Under the pieces are notes generated by a model that was not told where the DNA came from, made no database searches, and saw nothing but the letters and a program-made list of their open reading frames with translations. From the NCBI RefSeq assembly GCF_009914755.1, contig NC_060926.1: a stretch of 64,000 nt of DNA; one strand, 5' to 3'. Origin of the DNA: the human T2T-CHM13v2.0 reference genome, Homo sapiens. Both the position numbers and the translations under genes were made by a program. Below are positions 13,832 to 27,489 of this stretch, one piece after another. The stretch's first letter is position 1, and every line of letters begins with the position of its first letter.

Positions 13832-14285
13832 GTGTATAGTTGGCCTCCTTATGTCCCCTGGGCCTTACCATCTGAATCACTAAACTGGACGTTCTTTGCT
13901 TGGGCTTGCTCTAGCACCTGTGCACTCTAGTCACATGCACTGCATGTGGAGATCCTAGAGAATTAATCCCTCCCTTCCCCCAACCCAGGTTCAGCCCTCA
14001 AATGATGACTTCTAAAAGTTGGTATATACATATTCCAGCCCTCTTGCTCCTCAGGCAGGATAACTAGGATGAACGTGCTCTACACTGGCTACCAGAATTC
14101 ACCAGCCTGATTCAATTCTAGTTGACCCACAGTAATGCTTAATAATGTACCTTTCATCAGTTTTCATCTTTTCCCTGTTTCTCTTTGCTTTCCACTTCCC
14201 CTACCCAGGTGTTTCCCTGGATCACTTCCCAAGGAAATAACTTGCAAACAAATCTTAGTTTCTGGGTTTGCTTTCAGGGATATAT
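13832..14285 (+). mobile_element. ERVL solo LTR, LTR16 family, apparently inserted in an L2 3' end
   Basis: CAGCCCTCAAATGATGACT...GGCAGGATAACT...CCTGGATCACTTCCCAAGGAAATAACTTGCA...TCTGGGTTTGCTTTCAGGGA; L2-like flanks (GACTGTGAGCTCTTCAAGG; TGTTTGTTGAGTGAATAAATGAAT). Confidence 0.8.
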
Positions 14286-15302
14286 ATAAAAAAAAATGTT
14301 TTCTACACCCAACTCTGAGACTATCACATAGAGCATTATAAGTGTTTGTTGAGTGAATAAATGAATAAAATTAACAAATCATGAATCTTGCCATGTTACT
14401 TGAATTCATATGAGCTAAACTGTATTTTAAGGTTTTAAATAACTCAGCTACTATTCTTGCCATATTTGCACTACACGTTATTCAGTATCTTGTCTGTATT
14501 GTAGTAAACTTAGATTATCTTTGCTATAAATTGCTTTACCATGTCAATACATATTCTTTCATGTTAATATTTTTCTAGATTGTAAAACATTCCCAGATTA
14601 AAGCACGTGCAGTCTACATGCCAGGAATGGTTCACAAATAGCAGAAGTTTAAGCTAGTAATGCCAGCTTTATCTGCAAAACAGATCACAATGACCATTGC
14701 AAGCTTCTGCTGTTGATGTTGAAAACATACGTTTGCTGTGCCTCCTAAATAAAAATAAAACCTAGTCACAGAAGACACATTTGTGCTAGGCAAAGACCTC
14801 ATTGGAATCCCTTATTACTTCTCAGCTATCTGGGGCCAAAATACCCTTGAATATTTTTTTGATCATTGCCTCTCTTAATTTTTCCAAAATTGTAAAGTAA
14901 GTTAGGCACCATGTAAAACTTTAGGATTTGAAGATGCTTTTTCTCTTTGTCCTCCACAGTCCAGCAGAGGGAGCAGTGTGTCACCCAGAAAAGCTTCAGC
15001 CACACACATACTTGAGCACTGGATTCTATGAGACAGACAGATGCTTGGATTTCGGTGAAAAGTATCCTTGACATAAGCTGAGAGCAGAGGCGCAAAAATG
15101 CTAGCGAAAATGGAAAGGACAGTCACATACACAGTGAAATTTGAGAGACTGAGTCAAACATATCTCAATCAAAATCTGCTTCCTAATCAGTTCTATTAAT
15201 GCACTGAAGATTCCTTGGAAAAAAGAAAATATTGTTTAGAGGAAGAGAAGGCCACCCTAGAGCATTACGACTCATGAAAATCTTCAAATGGATTAGTCAG
15301 TA

Positions 15303-15540
15303 GGAAGCAGTGAGTATGATGACTAGCAAATTAAACTTTGGAGTCATGCTGTGGACTCAATTCCTGACTTTCACATATTAACTGTGTGACTTTATTCAAG
15401 TGATATAATACCTTGAACACTCACACTCTTTACCTTAAAAGTGGGGATAATAATATCAACATCATAGTACAGTCATAAGTATTAAATACCATAAAAGGGC
15501 TTAGCATAAATCATCAATAGTATCTCAGTAAATGTTAGCC
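15303..15540 (+). mobile_element. MIR SINE
   Basis: TTTGGAGTCA...AACTGTGTGACTTTATTCAAGTGA...AAAGTGGGGATAATAATA...CTCAGTAAATGTTAGC. Confidence 0.75.
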
Positions 15541-17467
15541 CTTCTTGTTCGATTGATTAAAGTTATTTACCATGACCCTCAGGAAAAGAAACAGGCCAAT
15601 GTGAAATCCAGTGCAAATAATGAAAAAAGGAAAATTACACAGGTGGAAAATTCTAGGGATGAGATAAAATGATAGGTCTTGAATTTTGGAGGCTGCCCAG
15701 TGTGCATCCACCGATATTAGGCACCAGAGAGTAGAAATATGAGGGTAGGAGAGGTCACCAGAAGCAGCAGGAAGTAATAGTATTTAAGTCAAGTACTGCC
15801 TCGCTTGTACATTTATCTGGCTTGATTGTGCCAGGAAAGTCTTCTTTCACTGGGACCAAAGGGTTCAAAAAGAGGGTGAAATAGCTAAACTCAATGCAGA
15901 GCTTTCTTCAAGTCAAATTTTCTTGAGTGTACAAAACATTAAAATGTTGGCAAAGGCATATGAATACTTGGCATCAAGGGCAACTAGGAATAAAGGTAGA
16001 CTGAGCTTCCTTTTTTGTGTGTATCAATCTTATTTTAGCTCTGTTTGGATATGGGCCAGCCCTTGGGACACAATTTTTCTCCTGCTCTTACTTCAAAAAT
16101 CATCATTGTGTCCATTATCCTTGCCTGTCTTTCAGGAGTATCCTTCCTCTGTGTTAGATTTTTTGGAGGTGTATCCACAGCTGTATGGAACCAGAAATGA
16201 CCAATGCTAAAATAGTTTATCCATGCTGCAATCTGATCCTTTCCTCTTTCTCCATCTCCCTCTGACTTCTTATTCCTCCCTTGAAAATTAACTGTTTTAT
16301 TTCATAGTCCGTTGCATTTTACCTGTATTTTTCCCCTCAATTTTGTGCATGTATATCGAAGGGTTGTTGCTGTGGCAACCTTCTGTGAGGAAGCTTTTGA
16401 GCTGTTCTATTACTATATATTAAGGTAGATTATAGAAGGAATCATTTTTAAAATAGAAATTTAACCAAATTTATATCTAAAAATGTTAGAGCACCAGGAC
16501 TCTGAGTGTAAAAATCTTCTGTAATTGAGTTCATTATTTACAAATATTATTAGTGTTATTACTCTTTGTGTTCATTTTTACCTTGGGTTTGGAGAACCAT
16601 TTTCATTTTTTTTCCTTTTTATCCTAGAGCATACTGCAAGTCGGCATCTGGTACAATTGTTCTCAAGTGTATTTCTCAATATGTGCTATAATAAGTGTCT
16701 CTCTATTTTCTTTAGTTTTCAATAAATATTTGCTCATAATTTTTCTTTTCCTCTTCTTAATTACTCTTTATGAAGCAAAACTTCTATGTATAGAATGTGT
16801 ACTGGATCCTCTCTTAGATGAATCTGTCATGTATCAGACCATCATGCCCTCAGAGTGTTATGGAACAGCTGTGATTTCTGACCGTGACTCTCGGGTAGGT
16901 ATCAAGAAATAGGAATATGGAAAGTGAAGTCTAGCCTTGTGTAGTTTCTGCAGTTTTTCCTTTTCCTTCATTTCCACAGTTTCTACTTATGAACTGGAAT
17001 TCTCTTGTTCTTCCACCAGTGGTGTTTATGGCACATGCACACACACAAACACACACTCCTCATTCAGAGAATTGTAGAGCTGACTAAGGAATTAACATAT
17101 TGCTTTCAGTGGGAAAGGTTTAAAGTGCCTCTTCCTTATGGTTTCTTCTTCATGGCTCTCTTTTATCCTCATAGTCTACATTTTTCAAGCCTGTATCTTT
17201 AGAGTCTCATAATTTTTAGGTGCACTAGACCAAGAATTCCTGAGAAGAGAAGTTATAGCTTTCTCATTTTTAACATACCCTAGCACAGGATCTGGCACAT
17301 TAAAGGCACTTGGTAAATGATTTGTTGTGTGCTGTAATGAAGGTCATACAGATACTATATACACATAATTTTAAAGAATCGTAACCATTGTATTATGTCC
17401 ATTGGAATTAACAATGTGCAACACAGTGTGTCCCCCATGTAGCAGTGGCATCAAATATATGGGCGTT

Positions 17468-17770
17468 GGTCAGGCCTGGTGACTTATGCTTGTAATCCCA
17501 CCACTTTGGGAGGCAAAGGCAGAAGGAAAGCTTGAGCCCAAGAGTTTGAGACCAGCGTGGGAAACATGGCAAAACCCTGTCTCTTGGCAAAACCCCCAAA
17601 ATACAAAAATTAGCTGAGTGTGGTGACACATGCCTGTAATCCCAGCTACTTGAGAGGCTGAGGTAGGAAGATCACCTGAGCCTGGAGAGACTTAGGCTGC
17701 AGTGAGCCGTGATCACACCACTGCACTCCAGCCTGGGTGACAGAGTGCGCAGAGTGAGACTTTTTCTTTC
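17468..17770 (+). mobile_element. AluJ-type SINE
   Basis: Two arms; GCTTGAGCCCAAGAGTTTGAGACCAGC and GGCTGCAGTGAGCCGTGATCACACCACTGCAC (J-like). Confidence 0.92.
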
Positions 17771-17803
17771 ATATGTATATATATGTATATATGAGACAGA
17801 AAA

Positions 17804-17849
<46 letters not shown>
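17771..17849. repeat. (TA)n microsatellite at the Alu tail position
   Basis: About 20 uninterrupted AT units at ~17808-17849 plus a degenerate TA run. Confidence 0.95.
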
Positions 17850-17852
<3 letters not shown>

Positions 17853-18322
17853 GTTAATTCAGTTCATTTTAATATTTGTTCTACATTTTTGGACTGATTG
17901 AATGGCTATCCTAAATAATTTGTCTTTGCTAGCGTTTGTATATACATCCCTGCCAGTACTGAAATGTGTTGAAGTGGTTTGGCACTTGAAGGAATAGTTC
18001 ATGAATTCTAAGGAGTAAGGCCATTACCCTACCTGACATATTTGGTACAGAAGTTTTAATCTCTAAAGTATCAAGCTTATTATTAAAATTAAGGTTTTGC
18101 TTTAGTATATATTTATATTAGAAACTTCACTTTCTCAATTCTTTGAGTTTCATATAACAAAAAGCTTTAAAATACCCCAATATATAAAAAAACTTTTATG
18201 TTGATGTTCTGATTTTAATTAACCATTTAAATTATAGAGTAAGCCATTTCCCTTCCAACTTTATCAATATCAGAATTACAGAATTGCTATTTTAATTTTT
18301 TAAGGTTAATTTTAAATTTATC

Positions 18323-18592
18323 TTTTTGAGACAGAGTCTTGGTCTGTCACCCAGGTGGGAGTGCAGTGGTGCGATCACTGCTCCCAGGTTCAGGTGATCC
18401 TCCCACCTCAGCCCCCCAGGTAACTGGAACTACAGGCAGGCACTAACACGCCTGGCTAATATTTTAAATTTTTTGTAGAGATGGGACCTCGCTATGTTGC
18501 GTGGGCTGGTCTCAAGCTCCTGGCCTCAAATGGCCTTCCAACGTTGGTCTTTCAAAATGCTGGAATTATAGGCCTGAGCCACCATGCCTGCC
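18323..18592 (-). mobile_element. AluJ-type SINE with small internal deletion
   Basis: GAGACAGAGTCTTGGTCTGTCACCCAGG...GTGATCCTCCCACCTCAGCC...TGAGCCACCATGCCTGCC. Confidence 0.9.
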
Positions 18593-19199
18593 TCAATTTC
18601 GATTTTAGAAAATATAAATTTAGTGCTTGCTGTTCAAAAATATCTTCCATTGTAACATTCTTTATGTGTTGGCCATCTAAACAGTATTGTCCTATGTGCT
18701 GGCAATGTATAGCTAGTGGGAAAATGAGATTTATAATTCTGTAATTTAAATTTTTTATTTCTCCTTCATCCATTTTTCAATAATTATTAAATTTGGGGTT
18801 GTGATGTTTGTTTTCCCATTATACTTTTTCTAGGAAATTATATAAAAATCATAAGTTGTTTCTTTGACCATGAATTTTCAAATATTTCAGAATAACAGAT
18901 TATAGGCACATATTCATTCTAAAGTGGACAATTTGGCAACATGGTACTAGGTTTTTGCAAATGTATGTACATATGTATTCATATTTTATATAAGGCTTAA
19001 AAAGTCACACTTTTATAATCTCTGGCCCTCACCTCTTCACCTGCAAAGTGAGGGATTCAATTGAATTGTTTTTGCACAACTGCTTCTGGGCTTTAATTGC
19101 CTTATTCTGAGAATAAATTCATCTAAAACTCATGACTACCTTTCAGTTTGACTCTCAATGCTCTTCCATTACTCCTTCTTTCACTGATTATCCCCACCA

Positions 19200-19970
19200 T
19201 TCATATTGCCTTATCAGTCAGAAAAAGAGTATTTCTTGAAACAGTCCTCTCTTTCTCATCTTTAATATGTTATTGACTCTTGTTTGAGTTTATTCTTCAA
19301 TGTCTTACATATGGTCCATATCCATTTCTCCATAACAGTCCAATCCATAATCATATATTGCTTGGAAAATTGCAGTAGCCGCCTAAGGGGGTCTCCTTGA
19401 ATCTCTTACTCTATTCCAATCTCCTCTTAAATGGTACTTAGAGATATCGTTTAAAATTCCAATTGCTCATGTCATTTCCTGCTTGAAACACTGCATTGGG
19501 AATAAAAAAAACAGCTATGTTAACTGGTCATGCTAGACCCTAATTAATCTATTCCTACTCCTATCTGTTTCTCCACTTCCATCTTGGTACATTTACTCAT
19601 CTTTTTTCCTTCAATTTTCCATATTGGATGTCTTTCAGTTCTTCAAACATGCAATATTTTCATATGTCTCAAGTCTTTTGCTATTCTCTTCTCTGTCAAC
19701 ATCTTATTAGCTCATCCCATTCTACTTTTACTAGTCAACTTCTACTTAGTTTCTGCTGTCCACCCCGGAAACACTTAGCTAGGGGAGACTATTGAGACTC
19801 TGTACTAGACCAAGATGCTATTACACACTCTGCTTATTTTATATGATATCTTAATCTGCCAGAACTCATCAAAGTGCTAAATATTTTATAATTCATAAAT
19901 ATATTACTTCCATTAGATGAGAAGCTCTCTGAAGAAGGAATTGTGTCCATTTCATTCACCATCAGGCATT
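19200..19970 (+). mobile_element. L2 LINE 3' region
   Basis: TGCAGTAGCCGCCTAAGGGGGTCTCC, CATGTCATTTCCTGCTTGAAAC and TTAGATGAGAAGCTCTCTGAAGAAGGAATTGTGTC are L2-like blocks. Confidence 0.65.
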
Positions 19971-21871
19971 AACTATTAAGTCCACTGTAGAAGTAGAGAA
20001 GAACCACCTATTGGTAAGCTGGTAATGTGTACTGCATTACAGATGACAAGTCTCAACATAGGATACAATCATCCATCCCTGTAAAAGAGAGCTTTATAAA
20101 AATAGAATTATACAGTACATACCATTTATAACCTGTTGTATTCACCTGCAAATTCAGTAGATTGTCAATATGTACATGTTCTCACAAAAATCTGCATCGA
20201 TTTTTGTAAACTCTATAGAAGTTAATCATAGGAATTGAATACTCTTACTATTTTTTACCTGTTTTGTTTGCTTTGTGTTTTGATTTTTTTATTAAAACAA
20301 TTACATAATCATTCAGAAAACTATATATTTATGTACTACTTTGATCATTTCAAAGAGCAGTGTTCTACAAGTTGTTCATTTGGTGTATCCCTAAGGCAGG
20401 GGAGAATAGAAGAATGCTAGCCACACCTGAAGTGGCTCTTATAATAATGGAGGATTTTATACACACATACATAATATACCTATACTATATTTATATTATA
20501 TGTATGCTATATGTGCATACATAGGTAATATTTTCTTTAAATAAAAGCAGGTAAATTTGAAATACAATTTATAATCTGTGTGTTCTGACAATACATTTGA
20601 AAGTGTTTACAAAAAATACTAATAATTGCCTTGCTGCTTCACTGTGTAATTAGTAAGATATTATTGCACTGAGTCTATAAATTTTTGAAAATGGAATCAA
20701 ATTACATGGCCTATAAGATCCAACATCCTGCTAACTTTTGTATTCTTCTTTGTGTTACGATATTTCAAGAAACTAAACTCACACATATATGTATGTACAA
20801 ATCACAATAACATTTTCATTACTTTATTCTTCTTTTATAATAATTCATGAAAGGAAATGGCAGATTGCTGCCAAAGGACAATGTACGGTCTTTTCAATGT
20901 ACTCTTTGAGAATATTGATGGGTCTCATCTTGGTTAGATGTGAAGACACTTGAGTATTGTGGTGGATTAAAAGAATATCTCAACTACTTGTCAATCTATT
21001 TCAAAATCCAAAGCCCTCTCTCTTTCTTTTTTCCTATGCAAATAAGCCAAAATTCACTAATAATTCATGATATCCATCAGCAAGGCTTATCACTTATGAA
21101 TCAAACTTGCTTTCATTGTGTTTTGTCATGTGTAGTAAAAACAGCCCTCATTTGTCACTTTTAATATGCACAATTTTAACAAAATTTAAAATTTATGAAA
21201 TAAGTTAATTCAATACTTATAATTTATTATTAAGGTTGGCAAAATTTTTGTTGATCTTAACTGGATGTTTTCTCTCTTTTTTTAAGTGTTCTTTTCTTTC
21301 TTTCATAAAAAAAATCAATACAACACATAATTTAAAATTTTTATCAGAACATTCTTTCACATTATGTCAGCATATAGCTTCCTAGGAGAAATTATTCTTA
21401 AATTTATCTCCATTTAATTAAATATTACTTTAAAATAAATATTCAAGACTTTTTACCCCAAAGAAAAAGCATATTTTTTATTGTGTTTAATTCTATTGAG
21501 CACAATTAATAAACAAAAAAAAACCTTTGATGCAACATATATTTGATGAAAAATTATGAGGTGGATTCCGATACATAAAGGTTTGGATGAAAACTATCAC
21601 TCCACAGTTCTTTAGTGTCAAGTTCATTATCTAGAAGCCTCAGGTCAAGACAATGACAAACAAGATTTATGATTTTATGTACTGCATTTTCCTACCTATC
21701 TTTTCCGTCAGAGTTTAAAGTTATATATCCAATTTCTATTTTTAACCACAAATCTACGTTCTCAATTAAATTATACTTTTAAAGTGCGTATAAAAATTGA
21801 TATTAAAATTACTAGCCTCACATGTTTTAATCTTTGCCGTTAATAAGTAACTCAAAGATAAAGTGTAACTA

Positions 21872-22178
21872 GGCTGGGTGCAGTGGCTCAGGCCTGTAAT
21901 ACCAGCACTTTTGGAAGGCCAAGGTGGGATGTGGTGAGGAGATAAAGAACAGCCAATGCAACATGGCAAGACCCTATCTAAAAAAAGAAGAAGAAAAAAA
22001 AGAAAAAAGCCAGGTGTGGTGGTACACATCTAAAGTCTCAGCTACTCAGGAGCCGAGGCCTGAGGATGACTTGAGTCTAGGAGTTTTAGGCCGCCATGAG
22101 GTATCAATGCCACTGCACTCCAGCACAGACAACAGAGCTAGACTGTGTCTCTAAAAAAATAAAATCAAAAAATAAAAA
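21872..22178 (+). mobile_element. Diverged AluJ-type SINE
   Basis: GGCTGGGTGCAGTGGCTCAGGCCTGTAAT ... CCACTGCACTCCAGC, A-rich tail; TSD AAA(G/C)TGTAACTA on both sides. Confidence 0.9.
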
Positions 22179-24649
22179 CTGTAACTAATTGCAACATTCA
22201 CAAGGGGTTGATTTGGTTTACTTGAATATATGATTCTTGGCGCCGGGGGGTGTGAATCAAAACACAGAGAAAAATTTTAAATGACAGGGACATATAAAAA
22301 TATGAGTTTTAGTAAACTCTTAGGACTCACTAAGAAATCACACAATCCAGCGTAATTGTGCAAAGGAGTGGAGAGTAGCCATTAGCCCAATTCACATTGA
22401 CTGCATTTTGCAGGTTCATTAATATGAAAGTTCCACATTTGTCAATCTATGCTTATAGAAATGCTACTTTTTTGATGTCAAGAACTAAATTCTCCTGTAT
22501 CAAATCAAGACGCTGATAATTTGAATATATTTTGGTATGCCATCTCACTGTCTTGTAGATGACACAGGAAAGTCAAGTTTGAGAAGACAATCTTAGGATA
22601 CATTTTTAGAAGTGGTTTTCATCACTGGGCCAAAGGATACTTCTAATTAAGCAATTCATTTATCTTCTGAAACTGCCCATTTGAAAGGTAGTACAATTTT
22701 ATACTTTCACCACTAATCAATATGTGTTTGTTTTCCTTCCTGTAACAGCATCAGTGGGTTCTTCTGCTAATTTTTTTATATGAAACAATCTGTTATTATG
22801 AAGGGAAGGCTAAGGATAAAAACAGAAACAATATCGCAATTGACAGTGTGAATACTATAGAAAGAGTAAGGGTTTTTAACTTGGATATGATAATTAGGTG
22901 GACAAAATGTACATTTGTAATCCTCTAGACCTTTTCAACAATTCCCACCCAACTGTCATGGTCAAATCGTCAAAAGGCTGTTCAAATCAGCAGCAGAGTC
23001 TTGTTGTCAGCACACAAATTTATTCTGGAAAGACAAAGGAGTTATTCCTTCTACACAAGGACCATCAGTAAGTGCCACACATTCAGCATGGCCTAGTGAA
23101 ATTATACCACATCTCATCTCAGCTCCACCAATACACCTAAAAGCTAGCATAATACATGGCAGAAAGCATACACTTAATATTAGAATGTATGGATGGATAA
23201 ATGAAGGGGTTTGTATATGGATGGAAGGGCAGATGTCCTTAAGATGTTATATTGATTTAAAAACTTGAGTATATTGGGCATACAATGAAGGAAAGAGAAA
23301 ATTTTGAAAACCTATGTATATTTTGTCCGGTTCTTTTATTTGCTTATGACTTTTCAAAATTTGGAATATATGAAAAATGAATTTTAATAGTTTTTTTCTA
23401 AATAGAATTACCTATGTAGTCCTGAAAAATAATAAAGATAATTTATAATATTTCACTTTTCCAGGTCAAGGAATTCTATTTTGAGGGAAAATATCCAAGG
23501 AGACATTCTAAAATTACCAGTAACAATATCAGAAAAGCAAAACCACATATTTAAATGTCCATAATTTTTTAAACATTTAATATCAGATATTTTACCTAAG
23601 TAACAGTATAACAAGATCTTAAAAGTCTTGACAAATAGTTCTTCAGGTTTTCTCAATGTGGACAGATCTAATGTCATTTATTTTCACTTTGTGAGTTATG
23701 TCTAATGTTATATTTTATACTTCAAGATGTCTTCATTCATTTAAGCGGCATTTCTTTTTATTTCAATTTATAATTAGCCTTAATCTACACGTTCATTCTT
23801 ATTAAGTAGTTGAACAGATGACAATTTTTGAAGGGATTTCATAGTACACTGCACAAAAGAAGACAAAGTTTCAGAAGGGAAATTTCTGGCAAAAGTAAAA
23901 GCCTGGGTAAGGATAAAAATATGTGTCATTGCTTTTCTTGGAGCAAGTATGGTTTAAAATTATTTCTGAAATGTCTGGAGATTAATCCTCAAACGTTGTC
24001 TACATCTCCTCCCATCAACATTTAAGTCTGAGTTTCATATAACTCTATCTAGAGCTGAATCTCTTGATTAAATTAATAATAATAAAAGAGTCAGGTATAA
24101 ATATACCATCATCAAATAAAAAAGGATAAGTTAAACATCATGAAATATTCAACTCCAAAAAATCAGATGCACTAGCTATTTTGGTTTTGTGAGAGAATAG
24201 TGATTAAGGGCATTAATCATATTAATTTCAAAAGCTGTTTCCAGAATTTATTTTCAAAAGTGGGAATGTCTGTCATTGGATTGAAAAACATTCAAATTAA
24301 AATTAAAAACACTTTCCCACTTAGGAAAAAACATAATTCTATAGCTTCAAAGAATATGTTATCATTTCTTGCATTTCTATTCTATTTTCTCCATATGTGA
24401 TATTATTTCCATATAAATATATATTTAAACTACTATCGGCATTTTTTTTCTATTTTGAAACTAATTTTATTAAATAAAATTGGGAAATTTGGAAAAGCAT
24501 ACAAAGGAGCAGTTAGAATTCTTTGTGTATATATGTTTCTTGCTCTCTCTCCCCCTTTCTCCAGTCTACACTGTGCTATATTTATGACTTAATATCCTAC
24601 TTATTTTCATGTAACTGAGTAATAAGATTAGTAATTCCTCATGATCTCA

Positions 24650-24930
24650 TAATTGTTTACAACTTGAAGAAGTGGCAGCATGATATTCCATCAACTGGAA
24701 ATTCTATTTAGATTGCTTCCAACTTTGCTCTTACAAACAAAACTTCAGTGCATATTTTCATAAACATATTTATGCACAAATTTCTGATTATGTTCTAGAT
24801 ATATGTGTAGAATAAGGTGTATGATCTTATTCTAAAAGTCTGTGTTATTTGGCAAATTGCTTTCCAGAAATATTCTGATTTATGATTATACCAACATTTG
24901 AGAGAATGCTTATTTCACAATGTGTTCGTA
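24650..24930 (-). mobile_element. Ancient L1 (L1ME-like) fragment
   Basis: ATTTAGATTGCTTCCAACTTTGCTCTTACAAAC and GGCAAATTGCTTTCCAGAAA...ATACCAACATTTGAGAGAATGC. Confidence 0.6.
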
Positions 24931-26179
24931 TTATCAATCACAAACTGAAAACTATACCTCAATTTGTTTTAGTTATCATTTAAGCTGTTTATTTTGTATA
25001 TTTATAAATATGAATTCCATAAATTGAATTATGTTTTTGATCCTCATAGCGTTACACTGAATGATATATATACTTTAATATAACAAGATATATGTTTTAA
25101 TATATCAAAATTATGTATACATTTTAATAGATCTGTATATATTATAAATAATATGTGAATATATACTTTATGAAAAGACATTAATTTTAATCATCAAAGG
25201 ATTGTATGTATACATACATCTATCTTTACAAATCTTTACACAGATTAAAGCTACATAATATCTTTGTGTTTTACTTATTTTCATCTAACAGTGTAACATT
25301 AACAATTTCTTATGGTTTTTAACATTGTTCAAAACAATGAAAAAAGGCAGCATAATATTCTATCAATTGGAAATTTATAGTGAGATTGAGTGAAATGTAA
25401 AACTTAAAATAATAAAATGACAAACTAAAAAGATGTGCAAATATAAAAACAAAAACTTTTTTGTGTTTTCCCTTCCCTGACTGCCTTTGGTTTGAGTCTC
25501 TGGCAAAGGCTGGCTCTCTTGCTGTAGGATGCTCTGAATAAATAGGTTCTGTTCCCATTTTGTGATTTTCATTTCTTTTCATTGTAACATGTATCTTGAA
25601 CCTGAATACTTTGTGGATTTTTGAAATTAGAATCATATAAAATTATCATCATATATCCGGCTGTAGATTGGTCTTTTATCATTAGTTTTGTGTGGAATTC
25701 TGTGATTCCTCTTGATTTGTATATATTTTTTTTCCATATTATGTCACATATTGTTGCTTCTCTTTCTGTCTTTAGATTTCTTACTTGCAAGCGTCATTCT
25801 TGTTTAGGTCTTAGATCTCAGAACTCTGTATCTTTTGTCTTCTCTGTCGTAGTTTCAACATGTCCTTTACTTTCATATTCTTTTCTGTTTTCTCTCCAAA
25901 ACAGTTTGTGTACTTTTATTCTACTGTTATTAGATAAATTTGATTCTGTCACTGTCTTTTGGGATTTCCTATACTCTTATTTCATCACTCATTCTTTTAG
26001 TCTCCCTGATCCCATTTAATTTAGTTTTCATCTTACCATTATCTAGACTATGTGCTTTACAATGGTTTTGAGAGCATCATGCAGAAATCTTCCTTTTTTC
26101 CCCTATTTACTTCATGTAAGTACTTTTAAAACTGCTAGCTATAACACTAAGAAAACATTATAAAATCGTGGTTAAGAAA

Positions 26180-26345
26180 GAGATGGTCTTCAAGGTAAAA
26201 TAACTAAAACATGACCTCTGGCTCTTCCTAATTGTGCTGGGTTGGGTCGAATTTCTTAATTTTCTCACCTGAAAGTGGGAATAATAATACTTATCTGTTT
26301 GGGACCACTGCAAATTTTTCTTTTGAAGTTTGTTCATGAGGTGGG
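26180..26345 (+). mobile_element. MIR fragment
   Basis: TTTTCTCACCTGAAAGTGGGAATAATAATACTTATCT core. Confidence 0.55.
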
Positions 26346-26390
26346 CACTAATCAAAATATTTTTCCCGTCTTCTGTTTGTTCGTCTGTGA

Positions 26391-26594
26391 CAGTGATTCT
26401 CAAATGTCTGCAGGCATAAGGACCACCTGGAGCACTTGTTAGACCACTACCCACCCCAGGTGGCTGGGCCCCACCAACAGTTACTAATTCAGAGGGTTGG
26501 AAGTGGGCTGGTGAATTTGCATTTCTAACAAGTTCCTAGGAGATGTTGCTGCTGGTGGTCCTGTGATTCTGAGTGCACACTCTGAGAACCTCTG
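26391..26594 (-). mobile_element. MER5A hAT-Charlie MITE
   Basis: TIRs CAGTGATTCTCA / TGAGAACCTCTG; GAATTTGCATTTCTAACAAGTTCCTAGGAGATGTTGCTGCTGGTGGTCC. Confidence 0.85.
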
Positions 26595-27019
26595 GGGTAT
26601 GATTTTTTATTGTTGTTTTTTTGTTTCCCAAAGATGGGTTACTTGATGCATAACTCAAGCCTCTGCTTCTCAATACATTATCAACAATAATAAAGTTAGT
26701 GAACTTCCTTCTGCCTGTTGTTATAAGATTTTAATTTGATCTTTCATTCCAGTGCTACTATTTGGTTTTGGCTTTTTGGATATATTCACAGGCATTTTAA
26801 AGGAAGTGTAGAGGACAAGTATGACAACTGGAAAATCTTGCTACCATATTAACTAGGGAGTCCTATATTTCTGTACAAAATTACACCATATGTACAGTTG
26901 ATTTGTTTTTTTCTGATTATAAATTCATTGTTAAAAAGCCCATGTTTTAGACCCAGGTAGTGATGTATTATAACTTACAACTGACAAATGGTAAGCAAAA
27001 AGTAGTTTTATTCTTATTT

Positions 27020-27212
27020 CTTTGCATAGCATTTTATACTTTACAAGTTGGTTTCACATATGCAATCTCACTTAACTATCACCACAAATATGTTATTTTT
27101 GTTCTATTTTCGCCATTTAAAAGTAAAAGTACCCTGTTGGTAAATGATAGAACGTGGCAAAGCAGAGCTTATGTCCGTGATTTCTAATTCCAAGGCTCTC
27201 TCAACCACAGAG
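27020..27212 (-). mobile_element. MIR fragment
   Basis: ATAGCATTTTATACTTTACAAG...TTTCACATATGCAATCTCACTTAA...TCTAATTCCAAGGCTCTCTCAACCAC. Confidence 0.55.
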
Positions 27213-27489
27213 CAGGTAGTGTGTTACAAAGTTCATATAAAGACCGTAGGTGAACAACACTCTCAAAAAAATAGATAACAAAATATGCCAGTCTGTAAAA
27301 TATTCAGGCACAGAACTATTTGCCACATCACATTTGGCTCCTGTCCTCCTGAGCTGTCGCAGCATACAAAGCCAATTTAACCTTGAATCTCGTATTTATG
27401 GTGATGGGTACTACAAAACCTGAAAGCCATTGTGAACAATTTGGCATTGTTTATATGACTTTTAAAATACCAGTTAAAACTTTGTGGAC

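Noticed and set aside
15149-15157. AP-1 sites TGA(G/C)TCA (also near 9271, 28265, 60778)
   Set aside because: A 7-mer is expected several times by chance in 64 kb; no supporting context
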